Assembly: GCF_009914755.1 (NCBI RefSeq)
Contig: NC_060941.1
Source of the DNA: the human T2T-CHM13v2.0 reference genome, Homo sapiens
DNA: 64,000 nt
Reading direction: 5' to 3' (one strand)
A program made the translations under genes and the position numbers. Below the pieces are notes generated by a model that saw only the letters and a list, made by a program, of their open reading frames with translations, was not told the origin of the DNA and made no database searches. Every line of letters begins with the position of its first letter. Within the stretch, counting starts at the first letter, position 1. This document shows, piece by piece, positions 1 through 20,000 of the stretch.

Positions 1-188
1 AGGACCACATGGACACACAGGGAGAAGACGGCCATCTGCAAGCCAAACAGAGAGCCCTCAGAAGAAACCAAACCTGCTGACACCTTGCTCTCCGACTTCT
101 GGCCCACAGAACTGTGAGAAAACAAATTTCTGGTGTTTAAGCCATCCAGTCTCGGCACTTTGTCATGGCAGCCTGAGCAGACTCATAA
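1..188 (+). mobile_element. MaLR LTR 3' part (MLT1A/B-like)
   Basis: gaagacggccatctgcaagcc...cctgctgacaccttg...agaactgtgagaaaacaaatttctg...tttaagcca hallmark sequence. Confidence 0.8.
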
Positions 189-189
189 A

Positions 190-615
190 AGGATTTTGAG
201 ATTGGGGGTTATCCTGGGCCATCCAGGAGGGCCCAATGTAAGGTCTCAATATAAGTGCCCAATATACAGCATCACATAGGGGTCCTTATAAATGAAAGAC
301 AGAGGCAGGAGGGCCGGAGAAAAGCTGTGATGACATAAGAACACCAGCCGTCTTCTGTGGACATTGGCTACGAAGATGGAAGGGGTCTCAAACCAGGGAC
401 TGCAGGCGGCCTCCAGAAGCTGAAAAAAGCAAGGAACAGATTCTCCCCTAGAGACTCCAGAAGGACACAACCCTGCCTGTACCTGGGCTTTAGCCCTGTG
501 AGATCCATGTTGGACTACTCACCTCCAGAACTGTGAGAAATAAATTTTTGTTGGTTTAAGCTACTAAAGTTATGGTGTTCCTTTTTATTTTATAATCACA
601 ATAGGAGGCTAACAC
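190..615 (+). mobile_element. MaLR LTR (MLT1C/D-like)
   Basis: aaggaacagattctcccctagagactccagaagg...ctccagaactgtgagaaataaatt hallmark sequence. Confidence 0.75.
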
Positions 616-2103
616 TGTATATTCAGTAGGCATTTAGATGTATGTTTTGCAAAGTCACCAACACGCAGAGAATAACTGAAGCCATTGTCATGGACAAAAT
701 CATTCAGAGAATTATTTAGAATGAGGAAGAGACGGAATCTAGGGAAGAATCTTCTGGGAGACCAACATTCCAGGAAAGGGAAAAAATTGCACTGCTGTTT
801 CTTTGATGGCTGGGTCTCAGGACTTAGAAGTGTAGCCAGATGGGGACATGTGGGGAGACACTGATCCCCCTAAGTGCCTTCCTTAGACATGACAGCTGCA
901 CAACACAATCGAAGGCTATGATGGACAGGTTTCCAAGGAAACAGCAAAAAGCAAGACCGTGAAATAGAGGTGTGAATAGAATCAAAAGGGCATTGCTTTT
1001 TATAGGCTGGGGTTCTCCTACTAACCCACAGGCAGCTCCCAGTCCCCACCCCCTCCATCTCCCCATTCCTTTCCTCTCACCTCCCACCCCTACGTGAACA
1101 CCTATCATATCTCCATTCTAGAGAGCTGGAAAGGCAGCCTGGAGCCAGAATGACTTGGGCACACACCCTCTGTGCATTCTGTCCTCCCTCTGTCTCCATC
1201 CTAACTGATGATCTCCTTGCTTCTCTCCTCTGGGGACTCTCTTGATTGCTTTCTGAGATGAGAGCTCATCTTTCTCACAGCATCTCCAGTTTTGATGTCT
1301 GGTGCATGGCAGGTACTCGGGGCCTTGAAATGCTAGGCTAACAGCTACTCTTGAGGGAGGGATCAGAGACCATGTCTGAGAAAGGGATCAGAGGAAGGGA
1401 AGGTCCCCAGGCCCTAGGGAATGAGATAGGCAAAGGCTGCCTGAATAGAATCTGCTTCCCTTCTCTTTCAGGTCTTCCTCCCATGCAACCCCACAGGAAA
1501 AGGACGATGATTGATACTTACATTCCTTTATTGATTGAAAAAGAGCCCAACATGGTCTACATGATTATCAGAGGGGCCACTGGCCATCACTCCCCCTCCT
1601 CTTTGCAGTCACTTTGGTGGTTTTGCCAGAGAGCCCTGCTGTGCAGTGGGAGATGGTCTTATTTTGGAGGTGACCTTTACCTAAACTTCGTTCTCTTTGG
1701 AATAGGAGACCTGGACTTGGAGAAGGCCTGCAATCTCTCTTTCCTGCACCTGTAGTCCACAGACGTGAGCACTGTCCCTTAGCCATAGAGGACTCCCCCC
1801 ACCTCCCATGGAGACCAGGGGAAGCTGACTGCACAGAGCCAGAGCCCAGCTGGGCTGGTGGAGTGCCTGGAGCTCTGTGCAGGTCTGGATAGGAGGAAAC
1901 GGCCAATAGGAACTGGACCTCCTTGCAGGTGCTAGGAGCACAGGCTCAGGGCTCTGGGGATGGGAATGAAGGTAGGACCTGGGAGGGCAATTGTCTGCCT
2001 TGGTTTCTGCGGGGCGGGGCTTCTTTCCAGGAGCTAGTGTAGTAGGGTCAAGGCCCTTCAGTACCAAGCCCAAGGTCCTTCAGTGACTCCTCTCTAGTCT
2101 TGA

Positions 2104-2536
<433 letters not shown>

Positions 2537-4379
2537 TGATTGCCCCTTTGCTTCTAGGCACTCCCTGTGGGAGGTGGTCTTAGCCTTATGAGGGGTTATG
2601 AACTTGGCCTATAATGTGATGCAATGTGAACACAACCTGTGTCAGCAGGTCCTGAATCCTCCTGCTGCTCAGTAAGTGAGCCTGGCCCCTGGAACAAAGG
2701 CTGTATGTACCAAGGCCACCTTGCTTTGACAGTGTGGTGATTGGAGCCCCCATTCCTGCCCGTGACCATGCCCATAGAATGGAACCTCATGCTTATGGCC
2801 TGGAGCTCAGGATATGAGAGCATATGAGCTCTGGAGGTAGCCGTGGGCTTATGCCTCTGACTGGTGCTTATAGGCTGAGACCTGGGGCATGTAACTTACT
2901 TTTCTAAGCCCCATTTACTTAACTGGAAAAGGTGCTACAAAGGTTTGCATACAGGGGAGAAAAAGAACAAACTAAACTGTGTGAAAGCCCCCAGCACAGG
3001 GTCTGGCACAGAGGAGGTGCTCAGAATGCGGGCTTCTTCCTGGCTGGTGGCTCCTTTTGTCTTCCCTTCTGGGCTCCTGGCCAGGAATTTTACCCCCGTC
3101 CTGGGCCCCTGCCTGATGTGCCCTCCCAGCCTGTCTGGTGACCTCAGCTCCCTTTCCACTTTCCCCACCTTGTTGATGCCGGTGCCTTCTGCTGCTCCTT
3201 AGAGGCCTTTAGAGAGCTGTGTGGAGGTGGAGGGTATGGGCGTGGCCTCTGCAACTAGACCAGCTGGGTTTCAATCATGCTGTCCTAGCTTGATGTCCCT
3301 GTGCATTACTTATCTCACCTGTAAAGTGAGGATGATGGTAACAGTATTTCAGGACAGGATTTTGGAAAGGATTGAATGAGTCAATGAATAAAGTGCTTAG
3401 ATCAGCTTCAGGCATGTAGTGAACACCCAATAAACAGTCATCATTTCATTCCTCTGCTCTTCAGACACCACCCCAGAATGCCTCCTTGCCAATCGCCTCT
3501 GAGCACCCCTCCTTCTTCTGTCCTCCCCTCCCCAACCCTACCCTCCAAACCCCCATGGCACAGGGTTGTTGCCACCCAGCAGCATCCCCAGGTACACCCC
3601 CTGGGTAGTTTCCTTGCCCACATTTAATATCAGACATGTTTGGAGCTCTGGGTTTTGGTTTTCTGGTGCCCTCTGATCTTTGAGTGCAGGAGATAGTGAG
3701 GAGATGGGTATGAGGGTCAAGAAGGGTGGGGGGTCATGACTCTGGCAATGTTGCAGGAATTGAAGGAGGAATAAAATATCCTTTGCTCTACCCAGACATA
3801 CCACCAGTTGCTTTCTTATTTCCTTTATGGATTGAGCCAGCTAGTGCAAGCAGAAAGTCAAGGCCACAGTGAGTTTGGTGGGAAGCCAAGTGTAAGAGAG
3901 TCAGGATTAAAAGGCTGGAGGGGCAGAGGAGGCCAGCACAGGAGACGAGGAGAAGGGGCTTAGAAGAAAGGAGACCTGGGGAGCTGAACTGCACCTGCTC
4001 CTTGTGCCTGCTCTTGTCAGTTACTGGGGACATTGATAGGCTGACCCTGGAGCAGCTGCCTGCCTTGCCCCAAAACACTGATTCATTCTGGATGGTTCTT
4101 TCTCGATATCTCTTTTTTTGGTCTCAATACTTGGCTTGTGAGGATGGAAAGAGTTGGAAGCTGCTGGTCTCTGCCCCATCAGCATCTCAGAGTAGGGTCA
4201 TCAGCTCCTACAAGATGCCTGAGGAACCATGCACAAAATCCATCCTGTCCATTTTCTCCCAGGCAGCAATCTGGGGAGAAGGATGTGTGGCAATGGAGGG
4301 TGGGGTGCATTTTAGATGAATTAATTGGTGGACATGGTCTTGAAATTCCTGAAGAGAAGAATGAAAACACAGCAGACAG

Positions 4380-7690
<3,311 letters not shown>

Positions 7691-7857
7691 CTGAAGCCAA
7701 AAAAGAAAATGAAATGAAATTCACATAAATAAGAAACCACCCAAGCTGGTATAATTTTTTTTTCTTGCAAGAGATAAATATTATAACATTTTATTCAATA
7801 GCTTTTAATATTTAAAACAAGGAACAGTGATGCCATTTTAGAAACAAACAAGTTATA

Positions 7858-8170
7858 GTTTTTTGTTTGTTTGCTTGTTTTTTTTTTTAGATGGAGTCTC
7901 CCTTTGTCACCCAGGCTGGAGTGCAGTGGCCGTGACCTCAGCTCACTGCAACCTCCACCTCCCGGGTTCAAGTGATTCTCCTGCCTCAGCCTCCTGAGTA
8001 GCTGTGATTCCAGGCACCTGCCATGAAGCCTGGCTAATTTGTGTATTCTTAGTAGAGACGGGTTTCCACCATGTTGGCCAGGCTGGTCTCGAACTCCTGA
8101 CCTCAAGTTATCCACCTGCCTCGGCCTCCCAAAGTGCTGGGATTACAGGCATGAGCCACCGCACCCGGCC
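7858..8170 (-). mobile_element. Alu (AluS-like)
   Basis: Full dimer, reverse complement, ~170 bp from the PIRT acceptor. Confidence 0.95.
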
Positions 8171-8726
8171 AGCTATATTTTGTTGAATGGCATTTTATTT
8201 TCAGACCCAACCACTTTCTAGTTGTCTGATCTTGATGGAATTACTCAACCTCTCTTTGTCTCAGTTTTCTTATCTATAAGATGAGGATAATGTTACTTCT
8301 TTCATAGAATTTTCAAAACGGTGTGAGTTAAGGGATGTAATGCATTGAAATAATGCCTAGCATATGGCAAATACTCCATAAATGATATCGTTTGTCTATT
8401 AGAAGAGTGATGCTTTACAGATAAATTCTGCATGTGTGTCCTGTGCCAGACACTGCATCAAACACTTCCTTTGTTAAATTGAAACCTGACAATAAACCTG
8501 TGAATTAGGCATTAGTCCTGTTTTACTGATGAGATAGTGAAGCTTCAGAGAGGTGAAGCAACTTCTTGAAGATCACACGATAAGGAACAGCCTGAGCTCA
8601 GATTTGAACCCTGTCACTCCTACCAGGCTATGCGTAGTCTGGAGAACACCGTTTCGTGCAGCCTGGGCTTTCACGTGCTCTGTCAGCAGAGGACAGTGAT
8701 GTCACAGGTTCACAGTGCAACCTTCT

Positions 8727-9020
8727 TTTTTTTTTTGAGATGGAGTTTCACTCTTGTTGCCCAGGCAGGAGTGCAATGGCGTGATCTCAGCTGACCGCAC
8801 CCTCCGCCTCCCGGGTTCAAACGATCCTCCTGCCTCAGCCTCCTGAGTAGTGGGGATTACAGGCATGCACCACCACACCCAGTTAATTTTGTATTTTTAG
8901 TAGAGATGGGGTTTCTCCATATTGGTCAGGCTGGTCTTGAACTCCTGACCTCAGGTGATCTACCTGTCTTGGCCTCCCAAAGTGCTGGGATTACAAGCAT
9001 GAGCCACTGTGCCTGGCCCC
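8727..9020 (-). mobile_element. Alu (AluS-like) with 16-bp TSD
   Basis: TSD cacagtgcaaccttct at 8711-8726 and 9021-9036. Confidence 0.95.
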
Positions 9021-9349
9021 CACAGTGCAACCTTCTAAGATCTAAACGCCACCCTTCCCTACCCTCCATGTTAATTACATCAAGGCCAATTTCCAGCTTC
9101 CTATTCTCAGGCCTGGAAAGGTATGGAGTCTCACTCAATTGCCCACCCCAGGGTCTAATCGAGAGCCCATCTGCATAGCTCTCAGCCACTGGGGCTCCCT
9201 CATCACTGACCCTGACTCAGGGGAGGTAGATGGTCACCCATGTGGAGCAATTTCAGGGCTGGGCTGCAGAGAAGCACTGCTTGCCCGCCAAATACTTCAC
9301 CAGACCAGTGCTTTCTCAAATTCTTTTCATGTCCGATTAAAGCATTTCT

Positions 9350-9705
<356 letters not shown>

Positions 9706-11866
9706 TAATCAGAAATGTGGGTTCAAGGCAAAGGTCTATATATTTACAACAAGATAATAAGATGTAAATGACTGATATTAGGTACTTTCCTGAGGATAGG
9801 TTCTGTTTGAGAGAGCCCAGGTTCCCTGCCTGGAGGTTTCACAAAGTTACTGCCCTGATTCATCTTTCAAATGTCTCCAAGGTGTCTGTACATTGCTTTG
9901 TACCCAAGAGATTTTACACATCTTTAATTGAATGAGTAAGTAAATGAACAACTCTCTCTCCCTTCTTTCCCTTCCTCTTCCTTCCACTGGTTGCTAAGGA
10001 CAAACACAGGACCTGCTCCACTTATATAGAAACCACTTACACACTTATTTATCTTCTAGCAGGAGCCTGGTGCCTCCCCTGCAGTAAGCTCAGGCGGTTG
10101 CTGCTCTCTGGGACAGAGCCCACAGGCTCTCTCCTCCTGTATCCCGAGTCCTCAAGCTCTCTGGCTGTTCTCTGAGGGTCCCTTGCCTGCTTGGGATGAC
10201 TTTCCTTAAGCAGCTCTCCGAGGCTTCTGCTCTTTCTGCCTCTTCAGATGAAGAAGGAGACCTTGGCCTCTGGACCTTGGCTTCTACCCTCTTTCCTGGC
10301 CAAGAATCCTGCGATTCCTCCTCTGGCTTCTTCTTCTGTTTCCTGTTGGGCTACTCAACGCCCCACTCATGTCAGCATTTACAAATATCTCTATTTATGA
10401 GTGGGATGTGGGAGATTTCTTTCCATAGCAAAAAAATTGTATTGGGGAAGGTGGGCTATTCATCCTGGTCACCATGAAACCTTGGTCAAGAGGAAGGGGC
10501 AGGTTGCAGATAAATGTAACATGTATCAGGGCTTGGGAGCCACCAGCTCCAGACACATGTTACACAGAGAGGAGTCCTTTACTGAATGCGTTCTCCTTCA
10601 ATCCTTCCGACGACGTCAATTTCAGCGGAGTCCCTCCAACCTGTTCATTCCAACCCTCACTGCTCAGGCCTGAACTTTTCTGAACTAGTGTCTTCCCTGA
10701 CCCCAAGAATAATGATTCCATTCTCTAGAACAAGCAGTTACAGATCCCTCACCATTAACAGGGGGAAATAGGAGTTGTAACCAAGGCCTTCGGAATTTGG
10801 CCTTGGTAATGTTACAGTTTGGATCTCTGCTTCCTAAGACTCTGAAAATATTACAAGGTGCTTTTGTAACTGTAGGCACCCAGTGTGTGCTTCCCTTTGG
10901 AGCCTGTGGTATATTTGCATAAGCAAAGTAGCCATTTAAAAGGTGATTTTTTTCCCCCTGTGGGCTTGGGGGTAGGGATGGGTTCATAAAGCTGTTAGGA
11001 GACCTTGTGCTGCTTACTGCAACCTGGTCTCATATGAGGATGTTTGATCATCTTCAGCAGAATTTATTTTTCTCAGTAGTCATTTCGATCCCGTTTCCGT
11101 GAAGACATGGGGCGATATGATGGCTGTTTCCTGAGGCTGGAAAGGTTGTGATGAAGGAATTAAATGCAGTGATTCTCAGTGGTGCCAGAGAAGATAGCTG
11201 GGGCTGGGCAGGGGAAGGGCTTGCTCCTGGGAGCTGCCATCTGGGAGTGAGGGGGCTCAGGAACAGGAAGTGTTGAACTGGAGGCTGGGGCCACTGCAGG
11301 GACATTGGACTGTAGATTCTGAGAGAGGAAAATGGGCCTTGCTGGAAGTAACTAAGACCTTCTTTCTGGCTCTGCAACGCGGTCGCTAGTTCAGTCTCAT
11401 TTTCTAGGGGCAGAGACTGAGGCCCAGTGGGGTTTAGGAGCTTGGCGAACTATACCAACCCCCGCATCAGGCCAAGGTCTTCGGCCTCAAAGCTCCTTGC
11501 ACTGCACAGCAGCTAGTCTGGATGGGTCCCAAAGGTTCCTCAACTACAAGAATCTTGAGATTATCACTTTGTGGCTCCATCCTGTAGTAAAATAATCTCT
11601 CAATGAATACAGAATGACTTAGATTCATAATCCCCTAACATTGACCCACTACGTGATGTGAGAAAGAAGAATTCTGTTGTAAGTTTTTCATAATGTTACA
11701 TTTATTCAGTTCGAAGGACTATTTTTTATTCTGAGATCATAATGTAATGGAGTGGAGTCCTTCCTTGGCATTAGAATAGTCTTCATTTTATGAAATAATT
11801 ATGATGGAAGAGGATCATTGGTTTTGTTAGTAACTGCTCAGAAAAAAATTGTCCACTATGTAGATG

Positions 11867-11874
11867 TCTGTCTG

Positions 11875-11920
<46 letters not shown>

Positions 11921-11930
11921 ATCATCATCT
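11867..11930 (+). repeat. Tetranucleotide STR (TCTG)2(TATC)11
   Basis: Directly visible perfect array in the PIRT intron. Confidence 0.95.
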
Positions 11931-12699
11931 ATCTGCAATGGTCCATGAAATCCCAAAGAAAAGCAACTATTCATTTGTTGGGAGGGAGGATGTGTCTTTG
12001 GGAGAGTGAATGGGCAGGGAGGCACTTCTAGGCAATGACTGAAAGAGAAGCAGTTCTCTTCCCCTGAGCAGAGGGAATGCCTACCCTCCTCTCCCTCCCA
12101 CGCTACTCTCTGTAACTGTGACCAGGCAAAAGGCAAGGAGCATCTATAAACAGAAGCAGGCAGGCAGGGCAGGGCTGTGAGTGGAACTCTGTACTGGGAA
12201 GAATTAAGCCTACTTATTCACAGTTCCAGCAAGTCACTAAACTTACTTGCAGAAGCTGCTTGTGATGGAAAGACCCAGGTCTTTGGCATCAGAGTGACCA
12301 CAATTTGAACACAGTTTGCCACTTACATGCTGTGGGACCTCGGTCAGGTTACTTCAGCCCCTGAGCCTTACGAGCCCCATATAAAACAGGGATAATGGAG
12401 TGTCTACCTCATAGGGTTGCGGTACAGTCAAATTTCAAATAACACTGCTATATTGTCTGACACATTCTACGTGTTCAGGAAATGGCCTTGGTTGCCATTG
12501 CAATTATTTTCTTTCTGGGTCTCTGTTTTTCCATTTATAAAATGAAGGAGTTTTCTTAGCTATTTCAGATAAGTCTATAGGTAATGAATCAGCTTGAAAT
12601 CTGAAAATTGAGGTTTTCAGAAAATCACCAATTCATGGGCTGTAGGAGTTTTATAACATTTTATTAAAGCCCCAATAAGATTCCATTTTTTCTGTATAC

Positions 12700-12925
12700 C
12701 AGGGCTTTTTAACAATGGCACTGTTGGCATTGTGGATTGGAAAATGGATTGCTGTGGCAGACTATAGGATTGTAGGATGTTTGTATTGTAGGATAGTTAG
12801 CAACATTCCTGGTCTCTACCCACTAGATGCCAACAGTACCTCTTCCTCCCTGTTGTTATCATCACAATAAAATATATCTCCAGACATTGCAAAGGTCCCC
12901 TGGGGTAGGCAAGATCAATGTGGTG
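12700..12925. mobile_element. MER20-like hAT DNA transposon
   Basis: tagcaacattcctggtctctacccactagatgcca...tctccagacattgcaaaggtcccctgggg. Confidence 0.75.
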
Positions 12926-13188
12926 GATCAAAGGCTGCTCTGGCCAGCCTTTCCTCCTGCCTAGCTTGAAAATTCAGGATAGAGGCTGGGCTTCCTCATC
13001 TTCTACCCCATGGCACCTGGCTCACAGCCTGGCACTTGGCAGTTGCTCAGAGGATGTGGCCCAGATGCTGCAGCTCTGTCGGGGACAAGGTAACACTCAG
13101 GGGGCTGGTCCAGTGAGAACCACCCTTTTCCGCTTCAATTAAGTTACTGGTAGTTTGGTTTGTGTGATTCAGGAGATCCTTCACTCAC

Positions 13189-13636
13189 TGTAGGGAGTTG
13201 AATTGTGGCCCCCAAAAGATATGTCTACCCAGAACCTCAGAATGTGACCTTATTTGGAATAAGGGTCACTGCAGATACAATTAAGATAAGGATCTTGAGA
13301 TTAAAACATCCTGAGTGAGAGTGGGTTCTAAATCCAATGATTGGCATCTTCCTTCTAAGAGAAGGGAGAAGGGAATTTGACACACAGAGGGGAAGGCTAT
13401 GTGCAGAGGAGAGATGGAAGGAATGTTTCTACAAACCAAGGCATGCCAAGGGTTGCTCGAGGCTGGGAGAGAGGCAAGGAGTGAATTCTCCCTCTGAGCC
13501 TCTGGAAAGACCCAACCCCACTAACACCTTAATTTTAGACTTCTGGCCTCTAAGAATGTGAGACCTTCAATTTCTGTTGTTTCAAGTCACCAAGTCTGTG
13601 GCAATTTGTCATGGCAGCCCTAAAAAATAAGTATAC
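13189..13636 (+). mobile_element. MaLR LTR (MLT1C-like)
   Basis: Starts tgtagggagttgaattgtggcccccaaaagatatgtc; contains gaatgtgaccttatttggaataagg. Confidence 0.85.
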
Positions 13637-14085
13637 TCAGTTTCCTTTAAGGTCCTGATGCCCCAGACTGGGCAAGGACTGAGGCCCCAGAGAGGATGGG
13701 CCTATGGAGGAGCAGGAGAAGCCTGGAGTTGCAGGGCCTCCTGGACTCACCTCAGATTTGAATGTCAGCTCGCCTGCAGGGCAGCAACTGGAGAAGGGCG
13801 GATGGGTCCTTCTCCCCTGGAGGCCAGTTTGGAGCTTCAGAAGGCTGAGTTAGTGGGTGGGGACTTAATTACAGTACACAACCAAGCTGAGCAGGCTGCA
13901 GGCTGGCACCAAGAAACAGTGCCAGTCTGGGACTATACAGCAACGAGAAGCCAGACAGAGAAAGAATGCATGCGATGTGATCTCATTTCCGTAAAATTCA
14001 AATATGTGTAAAACAGTCTATGCTATGAGAGCTTAGGATAGTGGCTGCCTTTGGTGGGGGTAGTGACTGAAATGGGGACTTTTGA

Positions 14086-14414
<329 letters not shown>

Positions 14415-14984
14415 TGACCTAGCAGCTGGCTACAAGGGTGTGTACTACTGGCACAGTACACTTGAGTTGTGACCGTTTTTGTGTGTGTGCAATCTATGTC
14501 AATAAAATGCTTAAACAAAGACAATTAAAAGATATAACTAAATGCAATACGTTCCTTCCTTTGGATTCTGATTAGAACAAGCCAATTGTACAAAGGCACT
14601 GGGGATAATTAGGGAAGTTTGAACATGGACTTGGATACGTCTCAGCCTCAGTGTGAACCATGATTCCTTTCCCTTTTCCATAAGCAGATTTATCCCTAGA
14701 GCTCTGTGACCTTCCATCCCCCAAACAGCACTGGTTTTCCCTAGGTAGTTGCTGACCTCTAAGGTCAAATCAACTGCATAGACCCTTAGTGCTAAGAGGA
14801 TGAGAGGGGGTCTGGGGATCCACCTGACAGGCCCAGAACCCCGGAGTGATGATCCCTGACTGTATAACTTGGGGCCCACTTCCTGGTTTAAAGAAATAAC
14901 TTATTCACCTCTTACATGGATATGTGGTAGGGACAGGGATGCCAGACAAGAAAAGGGAAGGGAAGAGGGTGGAAAAAACACAGA

Positions 14985-16797
<1,813 letters not shown>

Positions 16798-17810
16798 GTT
16801 GTTTGTTTTTTTTTTTTTTAACTACAGAAGGTTAGAACCTGACTAGCACCGCTTTACCAAGTCACTGGTCCTGTTCCTTCCCACCCGGTGGTTGTAAAAA
16901 TCTCCCTTTGATATTACAGCCAGGTGTTAGGATGGAAGTAGCTCACAAGGTGGCATGGAGGCAGCTGTGAAGGGGCAAAGGCAGGACACACTGACCAACT
17001 CCTCCCTGCCTCCCTTCTTTGGCCTAAGTGACCGCTCACCTCGCCAAGGCAGGCTTCCTTCTGCTGGCCGAAGTTCCTACAAAAATCTCCAATGTACCTC
17101 AGCTGCTTCTCCAAAGCCAAAGAAGCCATGCGGCTGGGGAGGGCAGGTGCTTTTTATACAATAATAAAAACTACCATTTATCAAATGCTTAGTGTGTGGT
17201 GGGAGCCACGCTAAATGCTTTGTCTGCATTGCCTCATTTCATCCTCCCACCCAGTCACTCCTATGGGGAAGCTATATTCTTGCCCCACTTTGCAGGTGAG
17301 GAAACTGAGGATCAGAGAGGTATAAGTGACTTGCCCAAGATGACTCACAGATGAGGAGAGCATCTGGATTGGAATGTGAGTTTTGCAGCCAGCCTGGCCC
17401 AGACTCTGTGTTCAAGTCTATTCCGCCCCTCCTTGGGGCGGTTTTAACGTTTATTTTCAAATTATGGGAAAAGCAAGTGGGGAGGATGCCCAAAGTGGGA
17501 CATAGTGAACAGAACTGCAGCCTTGGCTGAGGAGATAGGCCTAGGACTGTTGGTTAGAGCTGCCAAGGACGCCGGGGTCCCCGAGCTGGGGCCAGCAAGC
17601 AGCAAGAGGCCAGCAAGGGGCCTGTGGCACAGTGGCCTTAAAGTCACCACTGTCACCATGCCACAAATCCAACGTAAGATGCCTGGCATGTGCCACTTTC
17701 TTCGCCTGGGGAGTCTCTTTTAATCCTCTGCTTTAGGAGGGTAATACTATTATCATTCCCATTTTGCAGCTAGGAGCACAGGCTCAGAGCTGCCAGCCTC
17801 CAAATCCTGA

Positions 17811-18108
17811 TTTTTTTTTTTTTTTTGAGATGGAGTTTCGCTCTTTTGCCCAGGCTAGAGTGAAGTGGTGTGATCTTAGCTCACTGCAACCTCCACCTCC
17901 CAGGTTCAAGCTATTCTCCTGCCTCAGCCTCCTGAGTAGCTGGGATTACAGGTGCATGCCACCACGCCTGGCTAATTTTTGAATTTTTAGTAGAGACGGG
18001 ATTTTGCCATGTTGGCCAGGCTGGCCTCGAACTCCTGAACTCAGGTGATCCACCTCCCTCAGCTTCCCAAAGTGCTAGGATTACAGGCGTGAGCTACTGC
18101 ACCCGGCC
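17811..18108 (-). mobile_element. Alu (AluS-like)
   Basis: Dimer; aatcctg flanks both ends. Confidence 0.95.
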
Positions 18109-18293
18109 AATCCTGCTCTTTTATTTATGCTTTCTCAAGGAGAGGGCCCTGCCTTTTTTTCTTCTTGTTTTCTTCACCGCCTTCCTTGCATTCTACCACC
18201 CTATACCTGTACATCTCCACCTCTGAACTCACTCCCCAGCCTTTTCCTGGTGCTGTCCTCCTTCGAACGTGCTGAAATACAGTTGGTATTAAG

Positions 18294-18482
18294 AGGGTTG
18301 TCAGATTTAGAGAATAAAACTACAAGGTGTCCAGTTACAGTTCAGCCTCAGATCAACAACGGATAGTTTTTTTCATGTAAGAATGTTCCAGTATTGCATG
18401 GGACCAACGCATGCAAAAAATGTATTTGTTGTTTGACAAATTCAAATTGAACTGGGCATCTCGCAATACATCTGGCACCCCT
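18294..18482. mobile_element. MER53-like palindromic MITE
   Basis: Terminal inverted repeats agggttgtcagat / atctggcacccct and internal tgtccagtt / aactgggca symmetry. Confidence 0.75.
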
Positions 18483-19853
18483 AATATTGTAAGAGATCCC
18501 GCTGTGCTGCTGTGCTTGGGCCTGGAGTTATCTGGCCCTTCCTGAGCTTCTGCCCCTCAGGCCCCACCATCTAGAGAGCTCTGATAGCACCTGGGCTGTT
18601 CTGGAAGTTGCAAGAGCTGAAAGCAGAGGAGAGAGGCACACATTACCTCACTGCTGGGAGGCTGGGCCCAGCGAGGGGAGTCTGGGGGAGAAGCGGGGAA
18701 GGCAGGATGGAAGTGGTGGGAATAACACCATGTATTATTCCTGTGGAAGACCCAGAGTGGTAAGAAGTGGAGGGTCCTCCTGTTTCCCTCACGGAGTCCC
18801 CATTAAGGCCCCACCCAGCTCCAGCTTGCCAGTGGTCATCCCCACGGTCCCTTATCTTCTCTGGCGGTGCTGTCTTCCCCTCACCAGGACATTCAGTTGG
18901 TGACTGTCCACCCCTCTGATAAGGTGAGTGGGGGCCAAGTGTCTGGGCTAATAGAAGCTAGAGGGTTTCTGAGTAAGCCGCTGCTGTCACCATGGCCATG
19001 GCCACCCATCTGTCACCTGCTCATAGCGCTTCTAGGAAGGGAAGTTTCCCAAAGGTCACAGTCAACCTAGAGGGTGCCACCCACCTCCCTTGTTGGGCCA
19101 CCCGGCTGGTGCCCAGACCCTGGCCAGTGACAGGGTAGAAAAATAGCTCGGGCGATTGCGTGTGTGACCACGGCTGGCTTTACCCGGATGCAGGGTCCTC
19201 ACGGCACACAGTTGCCTGACTGAGCCACGTCTTTGTCCGTGTTTGCATGTGCCTGCCTTGTTCCCCCTGTCTGAGATAAAACTCCCGAGGCAGCCAACGC
19301 ACTCCACCTTGTTTTTCTGGCACCTGCCCCAGACACCTGCCACAGCTGCAGGAGGAAGACATTGGCAGCTGCAGAGGTCTGACACAGGGTGCTCAGGAGG
19401 ACGGCTGGGGTCCGAGATTCCACCCATGTACTCTGGGGTCTGGGGGTGGCCTTGCACTTTCCTGTCTGGCTTTTTTGCTTCTTCTTCCACTTAGATTTGG
19501 GAGGAGAGTCCCTGCCCAGCCCTTCCCACAATGGCTGCTAAGAGTGAAGGCTGGATGCTATAGACGCAGGACTGAAGCAGCTCTCTGCCCACAAATTCCC
19601 TTCTTCCCAGTACACAGCAAGGGGCGGCCCCCCTTCCTCTGGCCACCACTGTCTGCCAAGACCCTCAGCAGGCAGTGCCTCCAGGCTGACTTCACCCCCT
19701 CCCAGGGCATAGCCCCCTTTTCTCCGCTTGTTGTTCATGCTTGCCTTCCAACCCCAGTTTAAAGACAACACGCTCCAAAGCAAAGTTAAAATCTGCTCCT
19801 TCCTCCAGCGAGATGGAAGGAAGGGCAGAAGGAAACATTCCCTCCTTACTTAC

Positions 19854-20000
19854 TGTCCTCGATGTCCCAGGGGAGGATGGGGGACCTGGGAATCACTTGG
19901 TGCTCGTGCAAGGAGGAAGCCGGCAATGAGTTTCTGCTCAAGTCCATGCCAGCCGGAGAAAGCCACCCTGACCACGTCCAGAAGTCAGTGTGTTGTGAAT
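19854..20000 (-). other. PIRT: PIRT non-coding exon 1 (5' boundary approximate)
   Basis: Consensus donor on the minus strand GAGGACA|GTAAGT (GT at plus 19852-19853) in unique, mildly CpG-retaining sequence. It gives a ~12.2-kb intron (7691-19853), consistent with my recollection of a two-exon PIRT gene. Confidence 0.7.
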
